DNA from: Hypanus sabinus
Taxonomy: Eukaryota
DNA length: 64,000 nucleotides
Direction: 5' to 3'
NCBI RefSeq assembly: GCF_030144855.1
Contig: NC_082727.1
Coordinates: forward strand, 29,202,001 to 29,266,000
The notes beneath the pieces were generated by a model. The model saw only the letters and a list, made by a program, of their open reading frames with translations. It had not been told where the DNA came from and made no database searches. This document shows positions 11,471 to 24,195 of the stretch, piece by piece (position 1 is the stretch's first letter; each line of letters begins with the position of its first letter). The translations under genes were made by a program, and so were the position numbers.

Positions 11471-12417
11471 TATATATTTTAAAAATTAAATAAATGGGGT
11501 AAAATGACAGCAAAATTAGAGAGGCAGTGTTCATACGTTCATTGTCTATTCAGAAACCTGATAGCAGAGAGGAAGGAGCAGTTTCTAAAGTACTGAGTGT
11601 GTGTTTTCAAGCTCCTGTACCTCCTCTCTGATGGTAGTAATGAGAAGAGGGCATGTTCTTGGTGTTGGGGGTCCTTAATGATGGAAGCCGCCCTTTCTCT
11701 GCCAGCTCTCTTTGAAGGTGTCTTCGATGATGGGGAGATTCATGCCATGATGGGGCTGGCTAAACTTACAAGCCTCTGCAGCTTTCTCCAATCATGTGTT
11801 GCTGTCCCTCTATGCTGGATGGTGATGCAACCAATGAGAATGCTCTCCACATTACATGTGCAGAAATTTGCTAGACTTTAATGACATACCAAGTCTCCTC
11901 AAATCTTCTTTGTTGCATTTTCATTATTTGTGCGGTGCAAAGCCCCCTACACTTATTCTTAACATGAGAAAGGTATCGTCTCTCTGAGTCCGACACAGTG
12001 CATTTTCTTGCCGTTGTACAGAAAGGCATTTGCTTACCTGCCACATAGACTCATCTGTACCACTTTATTTTTTGTACCTCCCATGCAATGCCATCTATTC
12101 TTTGTACACAAGTAGAGTTTCGGTGAGGGTTTTTCCCTGCCCAAGAGCTGATTTGAAAGCTGTGATACAATAAAGTTTTCACTCTGCTTGACTGCTCCCA
12201 TTGTTTTATATTGGGATTTCTGTAAAGTGATCAAATTTGCAGAACAAAAATGAGAGGTAGTGTTGATTAGGCTGTGATGAGAACTTGGTCACCAAAGCCA
12301 GAACTTAATGGGTAAATGCAAACATGAGGAAATCTGCAGATGCTGGAAATTCAAGCAACACACACATAAAATGCTGGTGGAGTGCAGCAGGCCAGGTAGC
12401 ATCTATAGGGAGAAGTA

Positions 12418-12455
12418 CAGTCGATGTTTCGGGCCGAGACCCTTCGTCAGGACTA
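12418..12455 (-). ncRNA. Minimal type I hammerhead ribozyme motif with intact core
   Basis: Minus strand reads tagtc CTGACGA a gggt-ctcg-gccc GAAA c ATC gactg: stem I, core, stem II, GAAA and NUH triplet. The stem III palindrome ACGT is mutated to ACAT. Confidence 0.75.
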
Positions 12456-12995
12456 ACGGAAAAAAGAGATAGTAAGAGATCCGGGAGGGTAGGACCCGAA
12501 ATGATAGGTGAAGACAGGAGGGGGAGGGAAGAAGCTAAGAGCTGGGAAGTTGATTGGCAAAAGGAATACAAGGCTGGGAAGGGTGAGTATCACAGGACGG
12601 AAGGCCTTGGAAGAAAGAAAGGGGGAGGGGAGCACCAGAGGAAGATGAAGAACAGACAAGGTTTCTCTAACTTCTGTTAATGCCCCTCCTCCCCTTCTTA
12701 CCCCACCCCTATTTATTTGTTTGTTTATTTTTATTATTTTTTTCTTTTATTCTCTGTCTTTCCCTCTTACAATAACTCCTTGCTTGTTCTCCATCTTCCT
12801 CTGGTGCTCCCCTCCCCCTTTCTTTCTTCCAAGGCCTTCCGTCCTGTGATACTCCCCCTTCCCAGCCTTGTATCCCTTTTGCCAATCAACTTCCCAGCTC
12901 TTAGCTTCTTCCCTCCCCCTCCTGTCTTCTCCTATCATTTCGGGTCTCCCCCTCCCCCTCACAATTTCAAATCTCTTCCTATCTCTATTTTCCGT

Positions 12996-13033
12996 TAGTC
13001 CTGACGAAGGGTCTTGGCCCAAAACGTCGACTG
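12996..13033 (+). ncRNA. Minimal hammerhead motif with G12>A mutation (likely inactive)
   Basis: tagtc CTGACGA agggtcttggccc AAAA c GTC gactg. Confidence 0.7.
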
Positions 13034-13544
13034 TACTTCTTCCTATAGATGCTGCCTGGCCTGCTGCGTTCCACCACCATTTTGTGTGTGTTACCTAATG
13101 GGTAAAGCCCAACCTGGTGTGGATTGTCCTGTTGAGAATATAACGTGACAGTGAAGCCAAGCTTATGGGTTTTTTGAAATAGCTTTAAGTATTTCCTTAC
13201 TTTTTAAGCAATTTAATTGTTTTGACTGATTTTAAATTTTCAAATATTTACTTTTAATTTTAATAGGTATTGCATGTATGATTAACAATTGTTAAAATGG
13301 TTAGTATTGATAAACCTGAGCTATCATCAGGTTAAAGTATTTCCAGCATTTCTGATAGTGTTTTGGTCTGAAACATGAACTGTTTCTTTCATTCCAGGTG
13401 CTGTGTAACCTAACATGACTATTTCCAGCATTTTATTTTTTGTTTACGTGAGTGTTCTCTGTTCTTAACATGCTAATAGGAACAGTTTATTAACTTATAA
13501 TTTTGCAAATTCTATCAATCTCTCTATGCATTTCTCTTCTCTGA

Positions 13545-13850
13545 AGATAAGGCATAAAATGGTGAGAGGCATTGAGCATGTGGATAGCCAGAGGCTTTTT
13601 CCCAAGGCTGAAATGGCTAACATGAAGGTGCTTGGAGGGGTAGGTACAAGAGGGATGTCAGAGGTAAATGTTTGCACACAGAGAGTGGTGGGTGCATGGA
13701 ATGCACTGCCAGCGATGGTGGTAGAGGCGGATACAATAGGGTCTTTTAAGAGGCTCTTAGATAGGTGTGTGGAGCTTAGAAAAATAGAGGGCTATGTGGT
13801 AGGGAAATCCTGGGCAATTTCTAGAGTAGGTTACATGATCAGTACAACAT
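13545..13850 (+). mobile_element. CR1 3' fragment
   Basis: ORF 13526..13870 contains KMVRGIEHVDSQRLFP...TQRVVGAWNALP...SFKRLLDR. Confidence 0.9.
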
Positions 13851-15039
13851 TGACATCCATTTTCTTGTAGACATATACAGAAAAATAAAGAAACAATAGA
13901 ATTTATGAAAAACTATACATAAATGAAGACTGACAAGCAACTAATGTTCAAAAGAAGACCAATCATACAAATAAAAAGAGAAAAGTAAATTTTTAAAAAT
14001 AATAATTTCATTGGCTTGTCTATGTTCACTTGAAGTCTATCACCTTCCTTTTCACAGTTTGTGGTCCCAAATTGAGTATAATTAGCAGATTTTTGAAGGG
14101 TGCTTTTACACCCGAGTGGAGCAATATTCTCAGTTCTGATGCTTTGGAACACTGACTCCTCAAGTCTAGAACAACTGTTCACTCCTTTTCCTGTTCATAA
14201 GCGCTTCTCTCCATGATGACCCTCTTTCATAACTGGCTTCAGCTTTCTATATATGCTCGTTCTGTGACGTTTGCTCAATTGCCTTTCCAAAATCCCAAGT
14301 AAATTACACCAATTGCCTTGCACAAATCAAAAACAGCAGGTGTTGAAAATCTGAATGACAAAGAAAATGCTGATAATTGGAATCGGATTTATTATCACTA
14401 ACTTGTGTCGTGAAATTTGTTTTGCGGCAGCAATACAGTGCAATACATATAGTATACTATAAATTATATTAAGAAATAAAGTACCTTTGTGTGTGTGTGT
14501 GTATATATATGTATATATGTGTGTGGAAAAGGAGCAAAAATAGTGAGATGGTATTCATGGGTTTATTGTTCAGGAATTTGATGTAATGCAGAGGGGAAGT
14601 AGCTGTTACTAAAACCCTGGAAATACACAGCAAGCTGAAAGCATCTATGGCCAGAGAGAAGGAGTTATCATTTCAAGATAAAATTTTAACACAAAGACAG
14701 AAAAATTCAATATATTTTGATAGAAATACTGAGGACAAGCATTGGGTCAGAACGTTCTTCTTGCAATGAGCTGTGTTGAACTTCACCATTGATAAATATT
14801 TGTAATTTTTATATTCACTGTTGTTGCCTTTCATCAGATGGGAGTATTTTCAGCATTTTCTATTCTTATTTTAGATTCTAGCCTCACTCCGGAATGTAAT
14901 ATTTTCTTTTCTCCAGTCTATTTCTTAGTACATCTCTCCTTGTCTTTGCTGGAAAGTTAATGCTAAGGAATATTTATTCCTGGAACAGCAGTATCTACAC
15001 CATCCCTCTTTTTGAACCTGTTTACCATTGTCTGAGAGA

Positions 15040-15330
15040 TTTAGATTTATTTACCACATGTGCATCGAAACATACAGTGAAATGTGTTGTTTGCATTTAC
15101 AACCAACACCAACCTAGGGATGTGTTGGGGGCAGCCCACAAGCGTCGCCACATATTTAAGTGTGAACATGGCATGGCCCCCGTGCTCAGCAGAACAACAT
15201 AGACACAGCAATACAGAACACAACAACCAACAGAACAACAACAACAAAATAAGCCCCTTTTATCCCTCCCACCCTCCCACACACACGGATGGTCCCCCAA
15301 CTCCAAGCCTACAGTCTCCAGTTTCTAACT
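15040..15330 (-). mobile_element. Repeat family A copy
   Basis: Homologous to the 2367 and 49905 copies. Confidence 0.75.
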
Positions 15331-15429
15331 CCCCTCTCTGTTGCCAAAACCATGCCTGAATACTGAAAATAACAATTAAGACTGAGCCATGATCTTGATG
15401 AAGGTTGCAGCTCGGCACCATCTTCAGGA

Positions 15430-16705
15430 TTCAAGATTGTTTAATGTCATTTCCTGTACACAACTGTAACAAGAATGAAATAATTGTACTCCAGATCATT
15501 GCAGCATAAAAACAAAACACTGAAGATAAAAAAACACAACAATAATAATAATAAGACACACAATAAATATAAATACAGGCAGTCCCAGGGTTACGAATGA
15601 GTTCCATTCCTGAGTCTGTCTTTAAGTCGGATTTGTACATTAAGTCGGAACAGGTACATTTGGTATAATTTAGTGTCAGTCAAATGTTTGTCTTAGTATA
15701 TAGTGTACATTTTACCTTTCTATGCATATAAAACACTTAAGAAATGTATGTATTTCAAAAATTAAACCACTGCATTGCTTAGTAATAATTGTAGCTTTCA
15801 TCGGGGCAGGGCCTTTCACATGCTCCATTAAAATTGTTTCAATCGGTGACCGACTGTAGCCTAATGCTTTTCCAATGATCGATGTCATTTCACCTCTTTC
15901 CAGTTGCTTTATTATTTCCACTTTATTTTCAATTGTGATTGTTTTCTGTCAACGGTACAGAAACAGGGCGGATTCAGCAGCAGCCGCGGGCAGCGGGTCC
16001 TGAGCTCCCCGGGTCCTAAAGTCCACCCGCACTGAGACAGGTTAAGTGGGACAAGTGGGGGCGGTGCTGACTGGAAAAGGGAGGCCAGGGTGAATCTTGC
16101 TAAGAAAAATTTAAGCCAAATGCAAAGTTACACACTCGACACAGTGTTAATGGCAATGTGATCCGACTTTAAATGGCAGACACTGCCGAATTTATAATAT
16201 CATAGGCTTTATGGCAGGCCATTCGTAAGTATGAGTTATTGGTAAGTCGGACGTTCATCACTCGGTATCTTGTACACAAGACAGCTCATGTATATAGATT
16301 GTTTATATGCACATAAAGTGATGCTAAGCTGTTCATAAGGTGACTGACGGGATATATTAAAGTGATGGTGGAGTTAGTGGATGGAGGTGTTGATCAATCT
16401 TACTGCTTGCAGAAAGTAACTGTTTTTGATTCTGCTGGTCCCAGCTATGTACTCTCCTCCCTGAAGGGAGTGGGACAAACAGTCCATGAGCAGGGATTGT
16501 GGGATCCATCATGATGTAACTGGCCCTTTTCCGGCACCTTTCTGTAGGCTGATGCCAGTGGTATGTTGGGAATTTTCTCTACCCGTTGTAGAGCCTTCCA
16601 GTCAGCCACAGTGGAATTTACATACCACGCAGTGATGCAACTTGTTATCATGCTCTCTACTGTACATCTGTAGAATGATGTGAGTATGGATGTGCAAAGC
16701 TTGAC
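15430..16705 (-). mobile_element. Rex1/Babar LINE 3' part, interrupted by a Tigger-like element
   Basis: ORF 16445..16720 contains ILTSFYRCTVESMITSCITAWY..LQRV. The 3' UTR matches the copies at 24835 and 51938. Confidence 0.85.
15576..16272 (-). mobile_element. Tigger/pogo non-autonomous element
   Basis: TA-CAGGCAGTCCCAGGGTTACGAA left end and a degenerate inverted right end followed by TA. ORF 15712..15921 (EIIKQLERGE..IGKALGYSRS.I.TIL) is an HTH_psq-like domain. Confidence 0.85.
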
Positions 16706-16984
16706 CTGAAGAATTACCAAGTAATCCTCAAGTGGCTATTTGTACTTGGGAAAATACTTGCGTTAATTATTAAACTGTGAATTTACACAAAGCAAAGCTA
16801 TGCCCTTTGATCTTGTACAATACTGTACAATTTCTCACTTTATTGTTATCTTTTGGTTCCCACCCTCCCATTCTATTAGAACTTATGAAGAAAGATAAAC
16901 AAAGGCAGTGGCACGATTGCTTTTAAGGCACTGCAAAGGGAGACCAAAAATGTATTGTGACCAAAACGAGAAAAAGATGCAGCC

Positions 16985-17187
16985 TCTTTCTCCGTCACCT
17001 GCCAGCTTGCACTCCTCCCCCACTTCCCACCTTCTTCCCCTTCCCTTTCCAGTCCTGATGAAGGGCCTGGGCCCAAAACATCATCAGTTCATTCCCCTGC
17101 ATAGATGCTGTAGAACCTGCTGAGTTCCTCCAGCATTTTGTGTGTGTCATTCTGGATTTCCAGCATCTGCAGAATCTCTTGTGTTTC
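16985..17187 (+). mobile_element. Penelope-like pseudo-LTR with mutated hammerhead and 3' tail
   Basis: cagtc CTGATGA agggcctgggccc AAAA catc at 17050-17082, with tail ctggatttccagcatctgcagaatctcttgtgttt. Confidence 0.8.
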
Positions 17188-17774
17188 TGAAAAAAGATGA
17201 GCTTGATAGGCTCTGAAAATCAGAGTACATAATTTTAATTGTATATTTTTTCTATCAGGAGAGACTGTCAGAAATGTGGGTTTGTTACTTGAAACAGATC
17301 AGTTGCTAAGACTATAAGGCTTTTAACAATTGGTAAATCTCAGTCCCTAATCTTAGAAATGTCTTGTGTAACACTGATGGCCAATAATGTATTGTTTTAG
17401 ATTAGTGAACAAATGCAGTTCCCAAATCAATCATTTTAAAATAGAGCAATTTTACACTAATGTGTTAAGCATTCATCACAGTTGTGTTGTTTCTAGGTGC
17501 TGAGGTGCTAAATCCCACACTAAATATTTACTACTAAACAATTATTAAAATTATCTCTTCAGGCTCCTTGATTTCCTTTTCCAATCTGATCCTGTCACTT
17601 TGCAATGGCAGCAATGAGGTATGACAGAAACAACAAAAATATCATTCAGTTGTAAACGTACCACCCCAAGTAGTTCATCAATTCTGAGAGGAGCCAAACA
17701 TCATTAATGCTCAGGAAAAATGTGTTGTATTAAACTCTACCTATAACTTAAAAATCTTCCACCACCATTCAGTG

Positions 17775-18045
17775 AGACTAGAACTAAGGTCATAGGTTAA
17801 GGGTGAAATACTTAAGGAGAACCTAGGAGGAGGTTCTTCGTCAGAGTGTGGAATGAGCTGCCCGCTAAAGTGGTGGATGAAAATTTGATTTCAACATTTA
17901 AGAGAGATTTGAATAAATGTATGAATGGGAAGGGTGTGGAGGACTATGGTCCAGGTGAAGGTTGATGGGACTAGTCAGAATAATAAGTTGGCACAGACTA
18001 GATGGTCTGAAGGGTCTATTTCTGTGCATTAGAGTTCTATGATTT
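17775..18045 (+). mobile_element. CR1 3' fragment
   Basis: VWNELP-like remnant and ttctatgatt tail. Confidence 0.75.
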
Positions 18046-19964
18046 TGTGACTTCCAGCTCATATTAATGTACTATACCGTAACTCAAATATTGACTCTTC
18101 GGATGCCTTGAACATTACTACTTATCCATAAGGAAAAAGACAATCATGACTCTTTCAAATAACTTGTTTATTAAGAACACAATACTGACCACTTTTAGTT
18201 TAGTTGGTTTAACACTGTAGCCAATTAAAGATATTTCTGGTCACTAGCCAGGTGGGAAATTATCCAATTATCAGCAAATAGGGAAGGAAAAAGCTGCTGT
18301 TCAAAATACTCGGATTTTCTTGAAATTAAGGATTCTACAACTGTGAGCTAATATAAGGTTAACCAAAGCCCAAATGCCCTTTGGGATGTTTTACTGTAAA
18401 GGCTGAAGCTAAATAAATGGAATCTAATTTAAAGGCAGTGATTAGAAATATTTTAGTTTTACTCAGTTATTGGGACATTAATGGAAAAGTTGAAAGCATT
18501 GATGCCTTCTTGGGAGAATTTGTAATCAATTTAAAATATGAGAGCATTTGTAATAGATGGATAATTACAGGTTAATGTCAGAGCACTAATATGTGTATCC
18601 TACATTGGGAGAAAAGCGCATTTCCATGCAGTGGGATATATCTTTGAAAATACCAATAGACATTTACATAAATAAAATAAGACACAGGAAGTATCTTGGT
18701 ATCCAGAATATTTTAACTTGTCATCCAGGCCTAATTTTAAATCTCAAATATTAAAGTTCGAATACTTGGTCATTGTCATTTTAGCTGTTAGCACCTTATT
18801 GTGTATAAAACTTGGTGCCATGTTTCCTCATTACAACTGTGAGGGCACTGCTTAAATTCTTATCTTTCTGTAATGCATTTTGGGGCATTCTGAAGTTATG
18901 AAAAGTATTAAATGCACTCAAGTTCTTTTCAATGTTCCCTTCTCTTTTCTGTTATGAGAAAAGTCATCTATTTTTCTGGCCCTCCAAAATGGTTACTAGC
19001 TTCAAAGCAAGATCATCAAAAAGCTAACTTCAAATTAATTTGTTTTGAAAAGAGCAAACTTTACGTCTGAATCTCATTGAGATATTTTGATGAGTGTAGA
19101 TAGGGACGTAAGGCTGATCTGAGACAATGAGGTCCAGGGAAGGAAGCAGGAATGGACAAAAGTCCTAGTGAGCAGGAAGATCTGCTCTGTTTTGGCTGAT
19201 AGAACATAGGATAGCACAGTACAGACTCTTTGACCCACAATGCTGTGCCAAACTTATAATATACTTCAAATCAATCTGACTTTCCTTTCCCACATGGTTT
19301 TCCATTTTTCTATCACCTATATGCCCATCTACACTTTTGGGATAGGGATTAGCACCCCCTCCCTTTTACCCCAAGTAAAAAGCATCTTAAACCTTTTTAT
19401 CCTTTATTTTCAAAGGGATGGCAAACGGTGTACAGAATGTTTGTAAAAAGTCAAATAGAAATAACATTTTTAAATAAGAGCATGACAAGTTAACAACGGT
19501 CATATTTTTTCAGTCCTTCTCTTTCCCTCTTGGTCTTACTTCATAAACCTCTGGCTTAATATGAAGTGATGCAGATAAAAAGCTTGGGTCAGGCATATGG
19601 CCTCAGCTAACATTTGGTTCAGAGGAACAAAGATGAGTGTGAAGAATTTGTTTGTAGTTGTCCTTAATCATCATGCATTGTGTAATGTATTTATTGAAAG
19701 TTGGTGCACTGTAATTGGACTGCTATGTTCTGCTATGGGCAGTAGATTGGAGGGATCCAGAATCTTAGCAAATGCTTAAGACTGGGAGTACACTAATTTT
19801 AGTCTTCAAAAGAGAAAATTAGTAGGAAATTCCCCATCTCAACTGAGGAAGATTATAAACTATCCAAAATATTCACAATCATTGCATTAGCAATCATAGT
19901 TTTTCATTATACCAGTCCTATTATTTGGAGCAGCCAAAGATTTTGGTCTGTAAGGCTGATATGA

Positions 19965-20838
19965 GAGGGTGAACTCACAGACAGCATCCAGCCCAGATGG
20001 CTGAGTACAAAAGCCCTATGCTGGTCAACCAGGGGGAGGGTTCACCAGTATCTTTAACTGCTCACTTCAGCAGGTTGAGGTATCCACCTGCTTTGAGCAG
20101 ATTTCAATTAATCTAGAGCCTAATAAGAACCTGATAACCTGCCTCAATGACTATCGTCCAGTAATGCTTACATCCACTGTGATGAAGTGCTTTGACAGTT
20201 TGGTGATAAAACATATCGACTCCTGTCTGAGAAACAATTTGGATCCACTCCAATTTGCGTACCGGTGCAATGGGTCTGCAACAGAAGCGATTTCATTGGC
20301 TTTTCACTCAACCCTGGAACATCTGGACAGCAAAGGTGCACACATCAGGATGCTCTTTATCAACTACAGCTCAGCATTGAATAATATCATCCCCTCAAAA
20401 CTAATCAATAAGCTTTAAGACCTTGGCCTCAATACTCCTTGTGCAATTGGATCCTGGATTTCCTTATTTGCAGACCCTCGTCAGTTTGGATTGGCAACTA
20501 CATCTCCTCCACAATCACCAGCAACACAGGTGCATCACAATGCTGTGTGCTTCGACCCCTGCTCTACTCGCTTTACACGTATGAGTGTGGGGCTAAGCAC
20601 AGCTCCATTGCCATGTTTAAGTTTGCTGAGGGCACCACTGTTGTTGGCTGTATCAAAGGTGATGACGAATCAGCATATAGGAGGGAGAAAATCCAGCTGA
20701 GTGATGCCACAACAACAACTTCTCACTCAACGTCAGCAAGACCAATGAGTTCACTTCAGGATGAGGATTCAGAAGACCATGAGCCAGTCCGCATTGGGAG
20801 ATCAGAGGTGGAGAGAGTCAGCAAATTTAGATTTCTCA
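19965..20838 (+). pseudogene. Rex1/Babar LINE reverse transcriptase fragment
   Basis: [63 protein letters not shown] and KFAEGT (degenerate FADD). Confidence 0.9.
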
Positions 20839-20944
20839 GAGTGTGTGTGTGTGTGTGCGTGCAAGGAAGTGAGGGCAATTGATGCTATGAACAGGTGCAG
20901 GTGAGGAGGGACAGCTGAAGAATTGACAGTGTAAAATAAAAATG

Positions 20945-21125
20945 GAAAATGCAAGAAGAACTGAATGACTGAAGCAGCATCTCTAGAAAGAGCAACAGTT
21001 CTGATGAGGAGTTACTGACCAGAAAAGGCGACGGACTTCTCTATCCACGGATGTTGGTTGACTCGCTGAGTTCTTCCAGAATTTGCTGTTTTTGTTTCAG
21101 ATTCCAGCATCTACGTTATTAGTTG
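20945..21125. mobile_element. Old inverted Penelope-like pseudo-LTR pair
   Basis: gcagcatct arm, then CTGATGA at 21001 and a ctgagttcttccag...ttccagcatct arm. Confidence 0.55.
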
Positions 21126-21192
21126 TTTCTCATGTGGTCATGAAGTATACAGGCATATGAATACCTGAGGTTGGAATATTGACTATCACTGG

Positions 21193-21369
21193 AGCAGCAC
21201 ACACAAAATGCTGGATGAACTCAGCACACCTGGCAGCATCTATGGAGAGGAATAAGCAGTCAACTTTTTGGGCTGAGACCCCCTCATCAGCTATCTGACC
21301 TGCTGAGTTCCTTCAGCATGTTGAGTGTGTTGCTCTGGATTTCCAGCATCTGGAGAACCTCTTGTGTTT
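21193..21369. mobile_element. Inverted Penelope-like pseudo-LTR pair
   Basis: The minus arm ends at tcatcag (21290). A plus arm with the tail follows. Confidence 0.8.
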
Positions 21370-22294
21370 GTAACTATTACTGGATGTTTCCTTGGTGTTT
21401 TCTTCCTTTTTGTTTTTTGTATGTTTTACTCTTAATTTGATGTGGTACTTCCTGATTTCCTTAAAAGACAACCAACAAAATGTAGTGGGGGAGAAATTTA
21501 ATTGACAGAAAAATATTAACGGGAATTTAATATATGTTGTAGGTTTTAAAGCTAAATTGCAAAGATGAATAATGCATTCATTATGAATCAACTTGAATAC
21601 TGCCTAAACTGTTTTTATAGAGGGTAAAGTTCAATGTTGAAAATTGAAACATTAAATATAATATCATTTTATCAAGTTAAAAAATATTGACAATAAAATC
21701 TTGTTTGGAACAAATAAGCTTTATGAACTTGAGAGTTGATAAAGCTTATTATTAAATCTTATTAGTAAGTTAATTGGCTCCTTTTCTGTTGGTGATTCAT
21801 ACTTCATTTTGTACAGGTCAGTGAAGTCCATTTGTAATCCTAGTTTCATTCAGTGAAATACAAAGAAGGCATTACATGTATTAGGTCTTCGTTATGGCCC
21901 AAGAACTATAGAATCCTTTGTTTTGCTGTATTGTTTATGTGAGATGGAATGTGTGAGAAAATTCTCTTCTATTACTACGTGTAAAATGTTCCTGGAACAG
22001 AATACTGCTGAGCCAGTCTGAAGAAGCAAGTATTTTTCTGCCAGGCCAAATTCTGGCTCCGATTAGAAGGAGTTGTGCTGATTCATTTTGAAGCATTGCA
22101 TTATGCTGAGCCTGCTGCATAGGGCCACCAATGCAAAAGGGGATTTTCTGTGCACATCAAGTAACTGGGAGGGCATTCAAATTTTTTAATTTCATTTTCA
22201 GCACGGGGTTGATTATCACTGACATATGTTGTGAAATTTGTTGTTACAAATTTAAAAATTTTATAAATTTTATAAATTTGTAAATTTATAAATC

Positions 22295-22912
22295 AGAGCC
22301 TTTATAAATCAGAACATTGAGTATAAAATTTGGGATGTAATATTAAAATTGTACAAGGCATTGGTAAGGCCGAATTTGGAGTATTGTGTGCAGTTCTGGT
22401 CACCGAATTATAGGAAAGATGTCAACAAAATTGAGAGAATACAGAGAAGATTTACTAGAATGTTACCTGGGTTTCAGCACCTAAGTTACAGGGAAAGGTT
22501 GAACAAGTTAGGTCTTTATTCTTTGGAGCGTAGAAGGTTGAGGGGGGACTTAATAGAGGTTTTTAAAATTATGAGGGGGATAGATCAAGTTGATGTGGAT
22601 AGGCTTTTTCCATTGAGAGTAGGGGAGATTCAAACAAGAGGACATGATTTGAGAGTTAGGGGGCAAAAGTTTAAGGGTAACATGAGGGTGAATTTCTTTA
22701 CTCAGAGAGTGGTAGCTGCGTGGAACAAGCTTCCAGTAGAAGTGGTAGAGGCAGGTTTGGTGTTGTCATTTAAAGTAAAATTGGATAGGTAAATGGACAG
22801 GAAAGGAATGGAGGGTTATGGGCTGAGTGCGGGCCAGTGGGACTAGGTGAGAGTAAGCACTGACTAGAAGGGCCAAGATGGCCTGTTTCCGTGCTGTAAT
22901 TGTTATATGGTT
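22295..22912 (+). mobile_element. Young CR1 3' fragment
   Basis: Uninterrupted 147-aa ORF YKALVRPNLEYCVQFWSP...LERRRLRGDLIEVFKI...FFTQRVVAAWNKLP. Confidence 0.95.
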
Positions 22913-23274
22913 ACAGCAGCAGTATAGTGCAAGACATAAAAATTGCTATAAGATACAGTAAGTTCAGAAATCTGAAAGCAGAGGGGAAGATTCTGTTTCT
23001 AAAATAGTAAGTGAATGCCTTCTGTACCTCCTCCCTAACCATAGTAATGAGAAGAAGGCACGACCTGGACAGTGAGGGTCCTCATGACAGATACTGCCTT
23101 CTCGAGACCCACCTTTTCAAGATGTCATTGATGGTGGAGAGGGTAGTGCCCGTGATGGACTCTGAAGTTTTTTTCTGATCCTTTGTAGCGGCACCTCCGT
23201 ACCAGATGGTGATGCAACTGGTCAGAATGCTCTACATGGTACATCGGTGGAAATTTGCTAGAGTCCTTGGTAAA

Positions 23275-23485
23275 TCACAAACTTTAGAAAATCTGCAGAT
23301 GCTGGAAATCCAAAGCGCTCACGCAAAATGCTGGTGGGACTCAGTAGGTCAGGCAGCATCTATGGAAAAGAGTAATCAGTTGACAGATCAGGCCGAGACC
23401 TTTCATCAGGTCTCAACCCAAAGTGTTGACTGTTTACTCTTTTCCATAAACACTGCATGACCTGCAGAGTTACTTTATCATTTTT
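23275..23485. mobile_element. Inverted Penelope-like pseudo-LTR pair
   Basis: Strand switch at ttcatcag|gtctcaaccc (about 23410), inside the hammerhead motif. Confidence 0.8.
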
Positions 23486-23879
23486 TCATTGGTGCTATAC
23501 AAAATCTCCTCATACTCCTAATTAAATACTGTATAGCCACCAGTGTGCCTCCTTTTTAATGCATCGATATGTTGGGCATATTTTATTCCTTGATTTTCAT
23601 TGAAATTTTCCTTCATTTAATGGGAAATGGGTGTAACAATCAAAAAGCAAGTAATTCAGAGTGTTCCTTTTTTGATTGGAATGGACATGAGGCACAGTAC
23701 TACTGGGAGTCTCAGGTAACACAGAACTTTGGAATTGGAAGATTGGAGGTAGAGGGATTATGTGTTCATACTGCTAGGGATATGTTGAGCCACCATTGGT
23801 AACCCGAATGCCATGCAGAAAGGAAGAAAATTCTGTTGTCCCTGCTTCCTTGAACCCTGTCATTTATACAGCCTTCAAA

Positions 23880-24195
23880 GGTCAAATTCAATGTAATTTT
23901 GATATCAAGGTGCATGTAAGTCACCATATACTACCCTGAGATTAATTTCCTTGTGGGCATTCACAGTAGAAAAGTCAAAAACCACCAGGATCAGGAACTG
24001 TTATTACCCCTCAACCATTAGTCTCCTGAACCAGAGGGGTAACTTCACTCAGCCCAACACAGAACTGATTCCACAGTCTATGGACTCTCTCTTTAGGACT
24101 CCACAACTCATGTTCTCAATATTTATTGTTTTTTTTCATATTTACACGGTTTGTTATCTTTTGCATATTGGTTGTTTGGCCGTCTTTGTACTGTA
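23880..24195. mobile_element. Rex1/Babar 3' end fragments in opposite orientations
   Basis: TTRIRNCYYPSTISLLN on plus from about 23980, and a minus-strand tail at 23880-23965. Confidence 0.65.

Larger units (their letters stand above)
10085..11905 (-). mobile_element. Rex1/Babar-type LINE 3' end, interrupted by nested insertions
   Basis: Tail at 10099-10200. The minus strand at 11550-11880 encodes HALFSLLPSERRYRSL-type C-terminal motifs. Confidence 0.7.
12317..13095. mobile_element. Penelope-like insertion with inverted pseudo-LTRs and 11-bp TSD
   Basis: The left arm (12317-12660) is the reverse complement of the right arm (about 12780-13095). TAATGGGTAAA lies at 12306-12316 and 13096-13106. 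Confidence 0.9.
22205..23570 (-). mobile_element. Rex1/Babar LINE 3' part, interrupted by a CR1 and a PLE pair
   Basis: Colinear with the 10085-11905 copy (gattatcactgac tail; tgtacctcctcc...agtaatgagaag; gtgatgcaactggtcagaatgctct). Confidence 0.75.

Noticed and set aside
12305-13098. Cluster of overlapping ORFs on both strands as small proteins
   Set aside because: They are mirror-image products of the inverted, purine/pyrimidine-biased PLE arms.
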